Shown: one piece after another, positions 13,384 to 25,904 of the stretch | How the letters are laid out: each line of letters begins with the position of its first letter | Numbering within the stretch: the stretch's first letter is position 1 | Source: Curvularia clavata | Taxonomy: Eukaryota | Reading direction: 5' to 3' | NCBI GenBank assembly: GCA_023920165.1 | Contig: CP089277.1 | Coordinates: 1,736,001-1,800,000, forward strand | Length of the DNA: 64,000 nt | Translations under genes and position numbers: made by a program | The notes under the pieces: model-generated | Told to the model about the DNA's origin: nothing | Seen by the model: the letters and a program-made list of their open reading frames with translations, nothing else | The model's database searches: none

Positions 13384-14568
13384 TCTGCTTGTTCCTCCTT
13401 TTCAGTCTTCTTGATCTTTTCTGCTCATGCTTTCACGAAGTCTCTGAAAGTCACGACTCACGATTTATCGTGTTTGTTCACGACCTGTTTATTCCTTTCA
13501 TAATTTTTATCATAGGGTTTGGTTAGCGCCTTTCCGCTGGTGCTCACAAGGCTATTGGGTTGGCGATGTTGCCCCAGGGAGTTGTCTGTATTGCACTAAC
13601 ACGGCGTTTTGAGATGATATACCGCCTCTATGGCTTGGGTTGGGTTTTACATGGAGTACTTTGCTGTTTCTTGCAAAGGTTTGAATTGAGTTTTTTTTTT
13701 CATCGTCCCATTGACATTATGGTCTCGTCTCAAGTTTACGGTCACCAAAGCTCCACCTATGCACTGGGATCACCTCATCATCACTAGGTCAGGTAATGAC
13801 TGAAAGAGACATGTCAAGTGAGAATACAGCATTGATATACGACAGATGTGGTTGGATCAGCACAAAGCTTTTCTATTGACCTAACACTGGGTCATATAGT
13901 ATACCGACAATCTCTCGATGCTACTTGGGCACCAGGAATCCCGGTAATGAACCTGCTGACATTCCACAATACCATGATCTGCGCATGCCGATCACCTCCT
14001 AGTCCACCGCCTACTTCCCCGCAAAACAACCCACACTAATTGCTAGCTTCGTTACACGACCTCGTGTAGCATCCTGAGCTTATTACTTACGCTTAACATC
14101 GGCATTCAACTACTCCTTGATACTGCTGCCTTCGGGACACGTGCAGAGTCGGCTGACCTTCCTTGAGAACAAACTGCTACGCAGAATGTATGCTGCAGCA
14201 ACGGCTTCTAATCACTTTTTGGGCGATTACCCGTTGATACATTCAGGTCTCATGATATGAATGTTAGTGCTTACGCATATGTAAAGGTTTCAATCACGTA
14301 GAGAAGTTGAGCAGATTGCATGATCGCACAGCGTTTTGGCTGAAAACTACTTTTTTAGAACTTTGTTCGAAAGGCAGCATAGTCTGACTGCAAAGATCTT
14401 GATTAGGCAACTAGAATTGCTTGCAACAACCTAGAACACATACTCTGTGTACGAATGAATGTATATACAAATTTCATTACGACTATCAACGGTACGAAAG
14501 AGGGGTATTCCAACACGAAAACAACAGTCTTGCCCAGAATGATCAACACAAAGCACATGAAGGTAGTC

Positions 14569-15962
14569 CTATCCACGCAATCTCATCTTCTTCGTCTTCG
14601 CAATCATACCTTGATTGCCAAAGTACTTGGTACAGACGTCTTGCTTCGCACTAGCCTCCAGTCCCGCTGCCGTGGTTGGCACCCACTTCTTATACACAAG
14701 GTAACTATAATCCCATCTCGGATCATTGAGCTGCGTTCTCCATGACCAGAAGATCCATCCATTAGTCTTCTCATACAGTCGCTGCTGCGCGATGAACCAC
14801 TGCTTGTAGAAAGCTTCGTTTTGGGTCTGCTTCCAATCAAACTCTTTCGAATCTTGGTTTTGCACTGTCAGACTCCATTCTTGGACTATCTTGGGGGTGT
14901 CGCCGTCGGAGAGTCGGTCGTCTTCGAAGCAAGAGTACCACATGTAGTCGGCTTGTTTGGCATCTGGATTCTTCGCTGTAACGGCACCGCCAACGTAATT
15001 GTGGTCGTCAAAGATTACGCAGCTATCTGAGGGAAGGTTGGACTTGGGGCTGCCAGCACCCCACAAGGTGTCCATGAACTGTACGTGGAGGCGCTCGCTT
15101 TCGGGAATGCCAAGATCTTTCTCAGCGTCGCGGACGGCTTTGAGGGCTTGTGGGTAGTACTTTTGGGTCAGTGTGTCAATCTCTTCTTTAGGCATGCCCC
15201 CCTTGTCACGAGCTGTCTGCGGCTCATTGACAACTCCAATAATGCCGACAGCAGACTTGTAGGCAGCCTTCGAGTGAATGCGGCGTGTCATCCAGTTGAG
15301 CCACCTAGCGGCGCGATCGTAGTTGTATTGTGTGTAAAATCCCGGCAGATATGCTGTAGGTAGACACTGCAGTCGACGTTAGCGCTAGAAGAGTGGAAAG
15401 AAAGGATGTTCAAAGAACACACCTGGCCAGTAAAAGCGTCCTCAGTTTTCTGAGATCCTGGTGCGCCATGGAGATCCATTACAACAAACATACCCAAATC
15501 GGCAGCTTTCTGAACGATATCATCCAGATACTGCAGGTTCATCCTGGGAAATTTCTCGCTGCTATCCACAATGGTTCTGAGACTCCAGTATCCGATCGGA
15601 ATCCGAATCGTGTTCAGACCTGCATTATACATGTCTTGTATCATGCTTGGCGTGATCCAGCGAGCATAGTGGTTATTGAATGCGGTATCTGCCTTTGACT
15701 GACCAAGAGCAGAGACACAGTCAAACTCCGAGCATGCGTTTCCGCAACCCATGTCTGACCACTCCTTACTCATCATCCATGGCTCAGAAAGCAGCCATCC
15801 TCCCAAGTTGACACCACGAATTTTCCAACTCGGAAGTTGAGACGCGCGTTTCGAGACATAATTGCTTGTTCGGTTGAACGCAGCAAGTTCTCGGTGTTCT
15901 GGCATCCAAGCGTGGGCACTGGCCGCTAGGAGCGCAGTGAAGAGTGAAGATCCTCTCACCAT
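14569..15962 (-). CDS. Secreted GH5 beta-glucanase (endo-1,6-beta-glucanase/exo-1,3-glucanase-like, 1 intron)
   Basis: Signal peptide, then IRGVNLGGWL.SEPWM, LNTIRIPIGYW, DLHGAPG, acid/base NEP, HNY, nucleophile region VQEWSL and GWIFWSW. One intron (~15369-15423) joins ORFs 15288-15962 and 14569-15291. Confidence 0.92.
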
Positions 15963-17994
15963 GATGTGTTAGAGGATAAACAATGTGTCCCAAATCGGGA
16001 TAAGAAGAGGTGTATCTCTAAACTTGAGACGGCAGAAAGCTGTATTATGCGCATGACATACGGAGGGAGTCGAGAGGATATTTAACTTTTGCTCTGGCCG
16101 ACTCCATGGTGAACAAGATGGTGTGGACAGGCTGCGTCAGCATACCGAATCTACGAAACGTACAGCTGGTTTCTTCTTAGCTGAAGCATCGGGTGGCGAT
16201 TGTGTATAGCTGTAAAAAGATATGGTTGGTTGCATAACTGAGCTCGTGAACGTGGTATTCATTTGACTAGTATTTAGTGCACCAGATTCAAGCACCATAG
16301 AGAGAGCTTCAATCCATCAAGCTGAGCGAAAGGTGTCGACTCCAGAGTCGTACATGGCACATATCCAGCTGACATTCTCCTTGCTAGTGTGGCTCAGTGT
16401 GTCAGTGTCAACTTTCGTAAGTTTCTCAACTGCCACATTAAGGATCTGACCCGCTACCTCCAGGCACTTGGTTGGTAGGATGAACTTGAGGCAACATCAC
16501 TTGATACCCAGAGCCTGTCCCATAAGTCCGAGCAAGCCAGAAAGGTATCCTGGCTTTTTTCTGTCTGCCAGATTTCCTAAACTGCAAGTGGAAGGTGTAA
16601 CTAAGTCTCGGGTGTGCGCCATCACTGTCGAGCTGATCAAAGAATCTTGCTATGATTCGTTTAGAGAATAAGATACGCTAAAACTGTAGTGCCTCAAAAC
16701 TTAGAAGGGGCTGAGAAAGGTATTGACAGACACTTTGCGGTAGCAACCGAGCGGCTGGGGCGGGAATGCCTGGACGCCTCAGACATTCTTCAAACCGAGC
16801 GGCCCGTTGCGAAGATCCTCACGAATGAGAATAGCGCAGATGACGTATTATTGTTTACCATCTACAGATTCCTTGAGAACTAAGATCAAGAATGACGGAA
16901 ATGAATCGGTTTCGTAACAACAAAGGGGTACCGTTTCTTTTTAAGATGCTTTTTACGTCTGGCCTTGCGACGCATTGGACATACTCAAAACAGCAGTCTT
17001 TGCCACCAGCCAGGATGCTGACACCATTATCTTGCAGTAGTACATGCTCTGAGGTTTGTAAACTTACTGGATGGGGTTAACCCTCAAGGCCACTCGTTGA
17101 CGTGACACCAGTATAGCCTTGTCAAAACCGAGGCTTGACCATGTAGAGCCCCACACCTACTTTGCTCATCATGGTCATACGTGAGCTTCGATTTACTTTT
17201 TGGCCTTTTGCCGTTGATTAGCGTTGTGTCTGTTGTCGTTTGAAAGGCTTTGTTTTGGTCTCGTGTGTGCACGACGGTCTCGTGGTGCTAAGCTTCGCCT
17301 TGGCATTCGAACTAAGTACATTAGCACCACTATCTGGGCGGCGTATCGGCCCAATGTGGGGTAGCATCTTGATACTTCGGTATGTCTCGATACGGCCGCT
17401 TAGCGAGCCAGTAATGAGGCCAATTTACTGATCGGAGACAAGAGCTACGCAATTGCGATGTTCCTCCATTACATGGTGGTGGGTATCCAGTTCATGAAAA
17501 ACAGTCATTATTCCCGTGTATCCCACTCTGAACCTGAGCCACTGTCACTATTTTGGGTACTATGCCAATCGAAAATATTACGATCCGAGGTAGTCTTGTT
17601 TACAAGAAAGTTTATTCCCTCTGAGGTCGGAAATTGTTTAATCTCGGTTCCTCTGTATTTTCCTCAGAGTAAAACCATGCTCTCACACCCCTTTCAAAAA
17701 CTAGTGTTTGATCTAGGTGGATTACTCAGGAGCCTTTTCTGTTGTTGAGTCGTTTGAAGCTATTGCGTTCGAACATAGCGAAAGTGAGCATGCCAGCAGA
17801 GACACAGTCAAGTCTGGCGTTTCAGCTGAAACTACAGAGACGACACAGTAAGGGAGCCAAGTCGGAAATAGGCTCGTGAAGGCATGCTTCCCAGAAGTTA
17901 CTTGGAACATGGGGAAAGTCGACTTTGTGACTCATCTTGTGCTTGCTCGTCTTGCAGATTGAAAGCCGAAGTGGACCTATATCCTCTTGCGAGC

Positions 17995-18440
17995 AAAATC
18001 CCGCTAAGCGACCTTTACAATCCAGACCTAGCAACCCCAAGCAAGCCTTTTTATATACTGCGGGTATAATTCCGCTAAGGAAGCCTTATCTTGTGCTTGT
18101 TAGCCTGGTAGGCTAGAGAGCTAAACGAGACCTACCTGCTGTCCAGCGGGCATAATTCCGCCGAGAAGGTCTTATTGAGTTGCGACGATAGACAATGACC
18201 GTTAGAACCTCATCAGACATCTCGAGCCGGATCTTCGGGTAGTGGCCGAAGACGGATGCTGCAATACACACGGTGCAGCGAGCCCAGCCTACCTTGACAT
18301 CGTCGTGCGTGGAGAAGTGGGGCAGCCTAACCCAGACCGGTGCGATAGTCCCGAGCTGTCTGCTTATCGCGTCGATAACAAGGCCTTGAACGTTAACTTT
18401 GACTGTTGAAAATGCTTCTGGTTCGATTGAGAGATAATGC
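17995..18440. promoter_or_regulatory. Cluster of GATA (HGATAR) sites and a repeated AATTCCGC motif upstream of the amine oxidase
   Basis: TTATCT ~18086, CGATAG ~18186 and ~18343, TTATCG ~18364, CGATAA ~18373, AGATAA ~18432. TATAA at ~18528. Confidence 0.5.
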
Positions 18441-18609
18441 TATTGGTGAGAGATTAGTGGCTTCGGCAAAAGAGCCATGGAGTTGGGTTATGCACATCGC
18501 CCCCTCTTAGCCCATCCACCCGGAAGCTATAAGATCATCAGAGCTCTAGATGCTGCGAGCACCACCAACTGTTCGCACAACTCCCGCAACATCGTCAAAG
18601 CATCAAATC

Positions 18610-20871
18610 ATGTCACTTGACCGATTGAAGCAGGCCGCCTCCCATATCACTGGGATCGGGTCTCCTCCACATCCCTTTGACCCCCTCAGCGAAGCAGAAA
18701 TCAAACAAGTAGTCGCCGTCATCCGTAAGGAGCATAACGATGTCTTCTTCAATGCCATCACACTGTGGGAACCCCGTAAAGCGGAGATGATGAAGTGGCT
18801 CAAAGACCCCGACCACACGCCACGGCCGCATCGAGTTGCAGATGTTGTCTGCATTGGTCGCGGTAGCAAGGTGTTCGACGGACAGGTGGACTTGAACGAG
18901 GGCAAGATTATTAACTGGGCATTGACTGATGATGTGCAACCTCTGGTTAGCCTCGAATCAATTCAGTTAAGACGAGCAGTGTGTTGACTCTATCCCCAGA
19001 TTACAATGGAAGATCTCCAAATTGTGGAGACGATAGTACGAAAAGATCCCAAAGTCATTGAGCAATGTGGCATCATCGGCATCCCTCCAGAAGACATGCA
19101 CAAAGTGTATTGCGACCGTGAGTTTTCCGGCCTCATGACACCAAACTTCTTCTGATATAAATTAGCATGGACCATCGGCTATGATGAGCGCTTTGGCACC
19201 AAGGTCCGTCTCCAGCAAGCTCTCATGTACTACCGCCCCCACCCGGATGACAGCCAGTACACGTACCCTCTTGATTTCTGTCCCATCTACAACTCTGACA
19301 CTCAAGAAATCATTCATATCGACATACCACCAGTCAGGAGGCCACTCAACCAAGCACCACCAAACAATTACCATGCATCGGCCATTGAGGCTGAGGGTGG
19401 ATTCAAAACTGACCTAAAGCCTATAAATGTCACACAGCCCGAGGGAGTTTCGTTCAAGATGGACGGAAGATACATCAGCTGGGTAAACTGGAAGCTGCAC
19501 ATTGGCTTCAACTATCGCGAAGGTATAGTCCTGTCAAATGTTACTTTCAACGACAAAGGCACTATCCGTGATACATTCTGGCGACTATCACTTGCTGAGA
19601 TGGTTGTACCTTATGGCAACCCGGAGCATCCACATCAGCGCAAACACGCCTTTGACCTTGGTGAATACGGCGGAGGATACATGACCAACTCATTGAGTCT
19701 TGGCTGCGACTGCAAAGGAGCGATCCATTACATGGACGCAGCATTTGTCAATCGCGCGGGCGAGCCAACTACGATCAAGAATGCCATCTGCATCCACGAA
19801 GAGGACGCCGGTATTCTGTTCAAGCACACTGATTTCCGTGATGACAGTGTGACTGTAACCCGCGCGCGCAAGCTGATCATCTCGCACATCTTCACTGCTG
19901 CAAACTATGAGTACTGCGTATACTGGATCTTCCATCTGGACGGAACCATACAGCTGGAGATCAAACTGACAGGTATCTTGAACACGTATGCTATGCTACC
20001 TGGCGAGGATCTCAAGGGCTGGGGCACCGAAGTGTATCCAGGTGTTAATGCGCACAATCATCAGCACCTATTCTGTATGCGTATCGATCCCAACATTGAC
20101 GGACCGGAGAATACCGTGTTCGTTGTGGATGCGGCAAGAGGTGATGGAGAGGTGGGAAGCGCGGAGAACAAGTACGGCAACGCCTTTTACGCAAAGAAGA
20201 CAAAGCTCAGTACCCCTGAGCAAGCCGCGACGGACTACAATGGCGCAACAAGCCGGACGTGGGAGATGGCTAATACCAACAAGCTGAACCCATATAGCAA
20301 AAAGCCAGTGTCGTACAAGCTGGTCAGCAGAGAGGTGCCAGAATTGCTACCAAAGCCTGGTAGCCTGGTATGGAAGAGGGCAGGTTTTGCAAGACATGCT
20401 GTGCATGTCACAAAGTGTGAGTTTTCTCGCAACCTGGTCGTAAGGTGCAACGGACACTGACATTTACTAGATGACGACAGCCAGATCCATCCAGCAGGTC
20501 GCCACGTTCCTCAAACTTCTGGTGAGCCCTCCCAAGGAATTCCTGCTTGGATCGCAGCAAACCCCAACGAGAACCTCGACAACACCGACGTCGTGCTATG
20601 GCACACGTTTGGTATCACGCATTTCCCCTCTCCAGAAGATTTCCCAATCATGCCTGCTGAGCCAATGACATTGCTACTGCGACCTCGTAACTTCTTTACC
20701 CGTAACCCGTGCTTGGATATACCACCCAGTTATTGCAGCGTACCGAGCGGGGTGAAGCAGGGCAATACGCTTGTAGACAAGCTGAGTCGAATGGCATTTG
20801 GAGAAGAGAAGAAGACGGAGGCACCGCCTGCAACATGTTGTTCCGATCAGAAATTTGGCGCCGGCGTCTAA
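18610..20871 (+). CDS. Copper-containing amine oxidase (peroxisomal type, 3 introns)
   Basis: HPFDPLS, catalytic Asp region HAFDLGEYG, TPQ precursor motif TAANYEY, Cu ligands HNHQH and ITHFP, EDFPIMPAE. PTS2-like N-terminus RLKQAASHI. Confidence 0.95.
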
Positions 20872-21391
20872 ATTAATACGATAGGAGAGAACGAAGATAT
20901 TGTAATTTGATTACGTTAATGCAAATATGCTTCTTGCAACAAGCTATCCGCTTGGGTCTTTCAAAATAGCGTAGAGATAAGCTTCATGTCACCTCTCTGA
21001 CCAGGACTATAGCGTCACGTCAATATGCACTGAATCCCGACCTGCGGTTCTACACTAGCGTATGCAGTACTTAATTCTGGTATGTTGTAAAGAACCTCGC
21101 TACACCTTGACATTGGGTGGACCGGGAAAGTGGGTAGCCACGCGCCGATGACGTCCCCCCACGCCAGCACTCACTAGCTCCGACGCTGGGTCCAAGCTTC
21201 CACCAAGCCCGCCGCCATCTTTTCCCCTCCATGTCCGTAGATGCCACTGAATGGTTCATTACCCAGATCTACGCAATGATATAACCCAAGAAGCATCCTT
21301 ATCCCACCTTGGTTACCCAGCGCCTTCTACGTCGCGTCCTATACCCGAGAATGTTCTGGGCGATATCGATTATCCATCCCTCAAACCAGCA

Positions 21392-22420
21392 ATGCCCCGC
21401 GCATTCCCGCCAGTAGAACAAGATGTCACGACCAAACGACAAAGCGCGCCGCAAAGCGCTCTCTCGGCCTCCGTTATTGAAAGTGTAGCAGGATTTAGCG
21501 CTGGCGTCGTTTCCTGTCTAGCTGCGCATCCACTCGATCTTCTTAAGAATCGTCTGCAGCTCAACACAACCAGCAGATCACGGCCCGGAGACTCATTCAG
21601 GATACTGCGCAATGTAATCAAGGAAGAGGGTGGTGCGAAGGCTCTATACAGGGGGTTATGGCCGAATTTGTTGGGCAACAGTCTTGGATGGGGCCTCTAT
21701 TTCCTCTTCTACGGAAATTTGAAAGATCTTTTCCAGAGCAGACGACAAAAGGGCGAGCACCTTGGGAGCGCAGAATTCTTCTCTGCAAGCATCATTGCTG
21801 GTACATTTGGATTTTTTGTTCCTGTTGAAAACAACTTGCTAACTTTTGTTTCAGGCCTTCTTACCGGTGCTTGTACAAATCCCATTTGGGTAGTAAAGAC
21901 GCGCATGCTTGAACGTGGTGCCAACCACCCCTCTGCATACAAATCTATGGCTGTTGGGCTTCGTCATGTATATGAAACGCGTGGGCTAAGGGGACTCTGG
22001 GCAGGTTTCCTGCCTTCTTCCCTCGGTGTTCTACATGGTGCTGTTCAATTCAGCATTTACGAGAACATGAAGAAGAGAAGAGCCACCCATATCGGCGGGC
22101 AAGATAAACTCAGCAACTGGGAATACGTGTACATGAGTGGTGGAAGTAAACTTCTTGCTGGTGCCATTACGTATCCGTACCAACCTATCAGGGCGAGACT
22201 GCAACAGTACAATGCTGCGCAGCAGTACAACGGGCTCCTCGACGTCTTGAGAAAGACTTATCAGAACGAAGGTTTCTTGGCATTTTACAAGGGGGTTATT
22301 CCTAATACGCTTCGCGTCATCCCGACTACTATTGTCACGTTCCTAGTTTATGAGAACACAAAACTGTACCTACCAAAGGTCTTTGTGGATGACGAGCAGC
22401 AGTTTCATGAAGAAGACTAG
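21392..22420 (+). CDS. Mitochondrial carrier, FAD/folate transporter type (Flx1/SLC25A32-like)
   Basis: Three carrier signatures (HPLDLLKNRLQ, NPIWVVKTRM, YPYQPIRARLQ) plus GNSLGWGLYFLFY and HGAVQFSIYE. In-frame 54-nt intron at 21801-21854. Start could be 21251 or 21392. Confidence 0.88.
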   Translation: MPRAFPPVEQDVTTKRQSAPQSALSASVIESVAGFSAGVVSCLAAHPLDLLKNRLQLNTTSRSRPGDSFRILRNVIKEEGGAKALYRGLWPNLLGNSLGWGLYFLFYGNLKDLFQSRRQKGEHLGSAEFFSASIIAGTFGFFVPVENNLLTFVSGLLTGACTNPIWVVKTRMLERGANHPSAYKSMAVGLRHVYETRGLRGLWAGFLPSSLGVLHGAVQFSIYENMKKRRATHIGGQDKLSNWEYVYMSGGSKLLAGAITYPYQPIRARLQQYNAAQQYNGLLDVLRKTYQNEGFLAFYKGVIPNTLRVIPTTIVTFLVYENTKLYLPKVFVDDEQQFHEED

Positions 22421-22796
22421 ATTTTGCGGGTATGACTTGGGCTCGCGGGCGTAGTTACAAACCTGTTGTATTCTTGACTACTGCTCCATACATGTAGATG
22501 CAATCAGATGATATCAGTATAGTGTTTGCTCCACATAAGGGAAATATCGAGTCTCGAATACAAACGATCGGTGAGCACCAGGTAGCGTCATGCAACTGGC
22601 TGGACGATGCAAACACTCAAGACACGTGTTAGCGCGTTTTGCTTATCGATAGAGTAATTGTTCCCAGGGCCAAACTGTCCTCAACGCATCGGACTCCACA
22701 TCTCCACGACTTGCGCAACTCCAAAGCGACACCATACATAAATCCACTCACTTCCTTTACTACATATTGTGATTGTGACAAACATCAAGGCTTACC

Positions 22797-23405
22797 ATGG
22801 AGTCACTGGATACCTTTACGCTCCTCCCTCTCGAACTGGACCCCGCTACCCAATCCATTGCCGCACCCCAGAGCACCAGCAACGTCCTCGAGAAAGAGCT
22901 CGCTGCTCTCAACAACCTGCACAGAAATCTGCTCCAAGCCGAGACACCTACAGCAACACCGCCACCACCAGTTCCCGTCAATCCCAAGCGCTCCGCTCAA
23001 ATCGGCAAACTGCGCGAACAAGGCAACACGGAGTTCAGGAAAGGCAATCACGATGGCGCCGCCAAATTTTACACACTTGCCATCGAAATGGCGCTCGCGC
23101 GCCCAGCATGGGAACCCTCAGGCCTGGTGAGAGAGGAGCTCTCAGGGCTGCTTAGCAACCGCGCGCAGGCCAACATGGCACAGCAGAAGTGGGTGGAAGG
23201 CGCTGTGGATGCTGAGGCTTCGGTGGAAATGAAGAAGGTTGGCAACGCAAAGGCATGGTGGAGGCGCGGAAAGTGCTTGCTCGAGATGGGCAGGCTAGAA
23301 GAGGCGGCGCAATGGGTAAAGCAAGGGTTGGAGTTTGAGGCAACCGAGCAAGATCTTGTTGGTCTGAAGGATGAGATTGAAAAGAAGCAGAAGGGTGTCA
23401 TGTAG
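22797..23405 (+). CDS. SEC72: Sec72 TPR subunit of the ER translocation Sec62/63 complex
   Basis: DTFTLLPLELDP, ELAALNNLHR, PPPPVPVNPKRSAQIGKLREQGN, RPAWEP, LSNRAQA, KAWWRRGKCL. Confidence 0.9.
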   Translation: MESLDTFTLLPLELDPATQSIAAPQSTSNVLEKELAALNNLHRNLLQAETPTATPPPPVPVNPKRSAQIGKLREQGNTEFRKGNHDGAAKFYTLAIEMALARPAWEPSGLVREELSGLLSNRAQANMAQQKWVEGAVDAEASVEMKKVGNAKAWWRRGKCLLEMGRLEEAAQWVKQGLEFEATEQDLVGLKDEIEKKQKGVM

Positions 23406-23803
23406 GGTGACATGACTGGAGATTTTCGTGCGCATATATACCCCGGTCTGAAGAGATGGATTTGTCACTTATGGGAGATAAATCAGCCTACTACTGTGGC
23501 AGCTCGCGAATGCTAGGGAAGAGGCATTACAGGGCGTTCGGAGTGGAGGGGTTTGGATTATGCATACGTGGAATATCAGCCGTGCGGGCTTCGAAAAGCT
23601 TCCACATTTTCTCTCAACTAGGAGCACTTCTCTCACGAGCTTGCTTTCGTCTATTTCTGATTCATGCTTTGGAGCCTATCAGCGATGGAAGTTACGATAA
23701 GTCAAGGTCACGTATTCATTCAGTTTCTTATTCTATTACACTTATAAAGCCTTCATCTTCTATTCCTCTTTCATAGTGTTAAACCAATGGACTCCACAGC
23801 TTC

Positions 23804-25249
23804 CTAGGCAGCGCGTGGCGGCACACTACCGAATAGTGACACCAAACCCTCATTCATCGTTGGATGTGTAACAATCAAATCTGCGATGCTCGTATACGGC
23901 AAGCCAGAAGTCATCGCCAACTGGACAACAGGTAGCATCTCTCCAGCGCGCGGTCCGAGGGCAGTGAAGCCCAGGATCGTATCATCCGTCGCACTCACGA
24001 GCGCCTTTGCAAAACCCCGCGTGGCACCCATTGTCCGCGTCCGCAAGAAAGCAGCCATGGGAAGCTTAGAAAGACGATACTGAATTCCAGCCGTCTTTGC
24101 TACCCGCTCACTTAAACCCACATGGGCAAGTTCAGGATCCGTGTACAGCGTATACGGCACCTGGCGGCCCTTTGTCGATCTTTGAGAGCCCTTGTTAAGT
24201 AACAGGTCGCGTACGATTCTGAAGTCGTCGAAGCCGATGTGGGTGAAGTGAGGGGAGCCAGCGCAGTCGCCTACGGCAAAGACGCCAGGGATGTCTGTCT
24301 GAAGATATTCGTCGACCTTGACATGGCCTGTGGGTGTCAGTTTGACGCCTACATTTTCTAACCCAGTGTCTTTGGTATTTGGAAGGCGGCCACTGGCAAC
24401 CAGCAGGTGACTGCCGTTGATCTCGACCGCTTGGCCCTTGATAGAGGCACTCAGCGTCACGTCTTTGCCCGAGACGCCCTTGACGGCATGAACCTGTGTA
24501 TCAGTGAAAAACTCCACGCCCTCGTCCTTCATTATCTCCACCAAAGCCTCTGAAACGTCCTCATCTTCCGCCTTCAGAATCCGCTCTCCCTTCTCGACTA
24601 CCGACACCTTACTCCCAAACCTTCGAAAAGCCTGCGCAAACTCCATTCCCACGTACCCTCCACCTAGAATGACAAGGTGCCTCGGAACGCAATCCAGTTC
24701 CAGAATCTCAATATGCGTCAGCGGCCTCGCAGCCTCTAGCCCCTCAATCCCACTGTCGAACTTGGCCCGAGACCCCAGACAAAGTATGACATTATCCGCG
24801 GAGAGCAACTTCGACGCTGAGCCGTCTTGAGGGTCCAGCTCAACCACTTTTCTGCTTCCAACAACCGCCACCAACCGCGCATGCCCCAGCACCAACTCTG
24901 CGCCCGACTTCTCAAACACACCTCTATGCATGTCCAGCAGACCATCCACCATTTCCCTCTTTCGCCCTCTCACCGCCTGCATATCCACCTGTACTTCTCC
25001 TGTCCCGCCCTTCGCTAGCTTCAGCAACCCCGTGCCGACATTCTGTCGTGCTGAGTGCGTTATTTGAGCAGAGTGAATGAAGTTTTTGGACGGCAGACAG
25101 GCGATGTTGGGACAGGAACCGCCGAGGTACTTGTGCTCGATTACAGCGGTGCGCAAATTGAGGGTCGAGGAGAGGGTCCAACAGATGTATTTTCCGGCTT
25201 CGCCTGAGCCAATGGATATAGTGTGGTAGTGCGTTGGGGGTGTCGTCAT
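23804..25249 (-). CDS. Pyridine nucleotide-disulfide oxidoreductase (class I flavoprotein disulfide reductase; bacterial MerA-like/RclA-like), intronless
   Basis: FAD motif GSGEAG, redox CxxxxC in GGSCPNIACLPSK, NAD motif GGGYVGMEFA, FAVGDC, YTDPELAHVGL and C-terminal HPTMNE. Confidence 0.9.
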   Translation of the reverse strand: MTTPPTHYHTISIGSGEAGKYICWTLSSTLNLRTAVIEHKYLGGSCPNIACLPSKNFIHSAQITHSARQNVGTGLLKLAKGGTGEVQVDMQAVRGRKREMVDGLLDMHRGVFEKSGAELVLGHARLVAVVGSRKVVELDPQDGSASKLLSADNVILCLGSRAKFDSGIEGLEAARPLTHIEILELDCVPRHLVILGGGYVGMEFAQAFRRFGSKVSVVEKGERILKAEDEDVSEALVEIMKDEGVEFFTDTQVHAVKGVSGKDVTLSASIKGQAVEINGSHLLVASGRLPNTKDTGLENVGVKLTPTGHVKVDEYLQTDIPGVFAVGDCAGSPHFTHIGFDDFRIVRDLLLNKGSQRSTKGRQVPYTLYTDPELAHVGLSERVAKTAGIQYRLSKLPMAAFLRTRTMGATRGFAKALVSATDDTILGFTALGPRAGEMLPVVQLAMTSGLPYTSIADLIVTHPTMNEGLVSLFGSVPPRAA

Positions 25250-25904
25250 GTTCCCTTTTCCTTTTTGGGCCTGAGGTGGGTTGTGATGGGGATGAGCTTT
25301 TCAAGAAGAAGAAGAAGAGACGTAACCAGATGGTTTGCCCTATTAGTGTGCCCAAAGGGTATTCTTATACTTCATGTTGGTGGTCCTGGTTGTTTCTTGG
25401 ATGTGAAGCTGATCAGGCCATTACTGCAGCCCTCCCGTGGCATAGTATCAGTCGCTGCTGACGAAGCAAGTTTCCCCTATACTTTGTCGATAGTACCCCG
25501 CATTTCACCATTCCGTTGGTTTGTCATCGTGGTGCGAGATAGTTACTCAGTGAGGAAAGCAGTACTAATCCGTAGATATGCTGAGTCACACTTCACAGCA
25601 ACAAAGAAGCCACTTTCCTGCCAGAGCACTGCAACATTAGATTGTTGGAATCAGAGAAGGATGATATGGAGGGAATGAGGTTTCATTCTCAAAGAAAAAT
25701 AAAGAGAAAGATGTCGCTAAATCGCAGATAGCATAATCATACACAGGAGTAAATCGGCAACAGACACATATCTTAGCATACCCTCCCGCTTTCCCAAGAT
25801 ACCCACAATCAAACGCAAAGGCTGAGAAAACAGAACGCTCGGAAATGCTGAAACAAGGATGGGCCAGACGTGCTTATTCTTCCGTTCGCATCCATCTTGT
25901 AGCA

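Noticed and set aside
16000..18000. Long intergenic stretch with short ORF fragments, possibly a pseudogene or transposon relic
   Set aside because: No recognisable domain, terminal repeats, target-site duplication or RIP-like AT enrichment.
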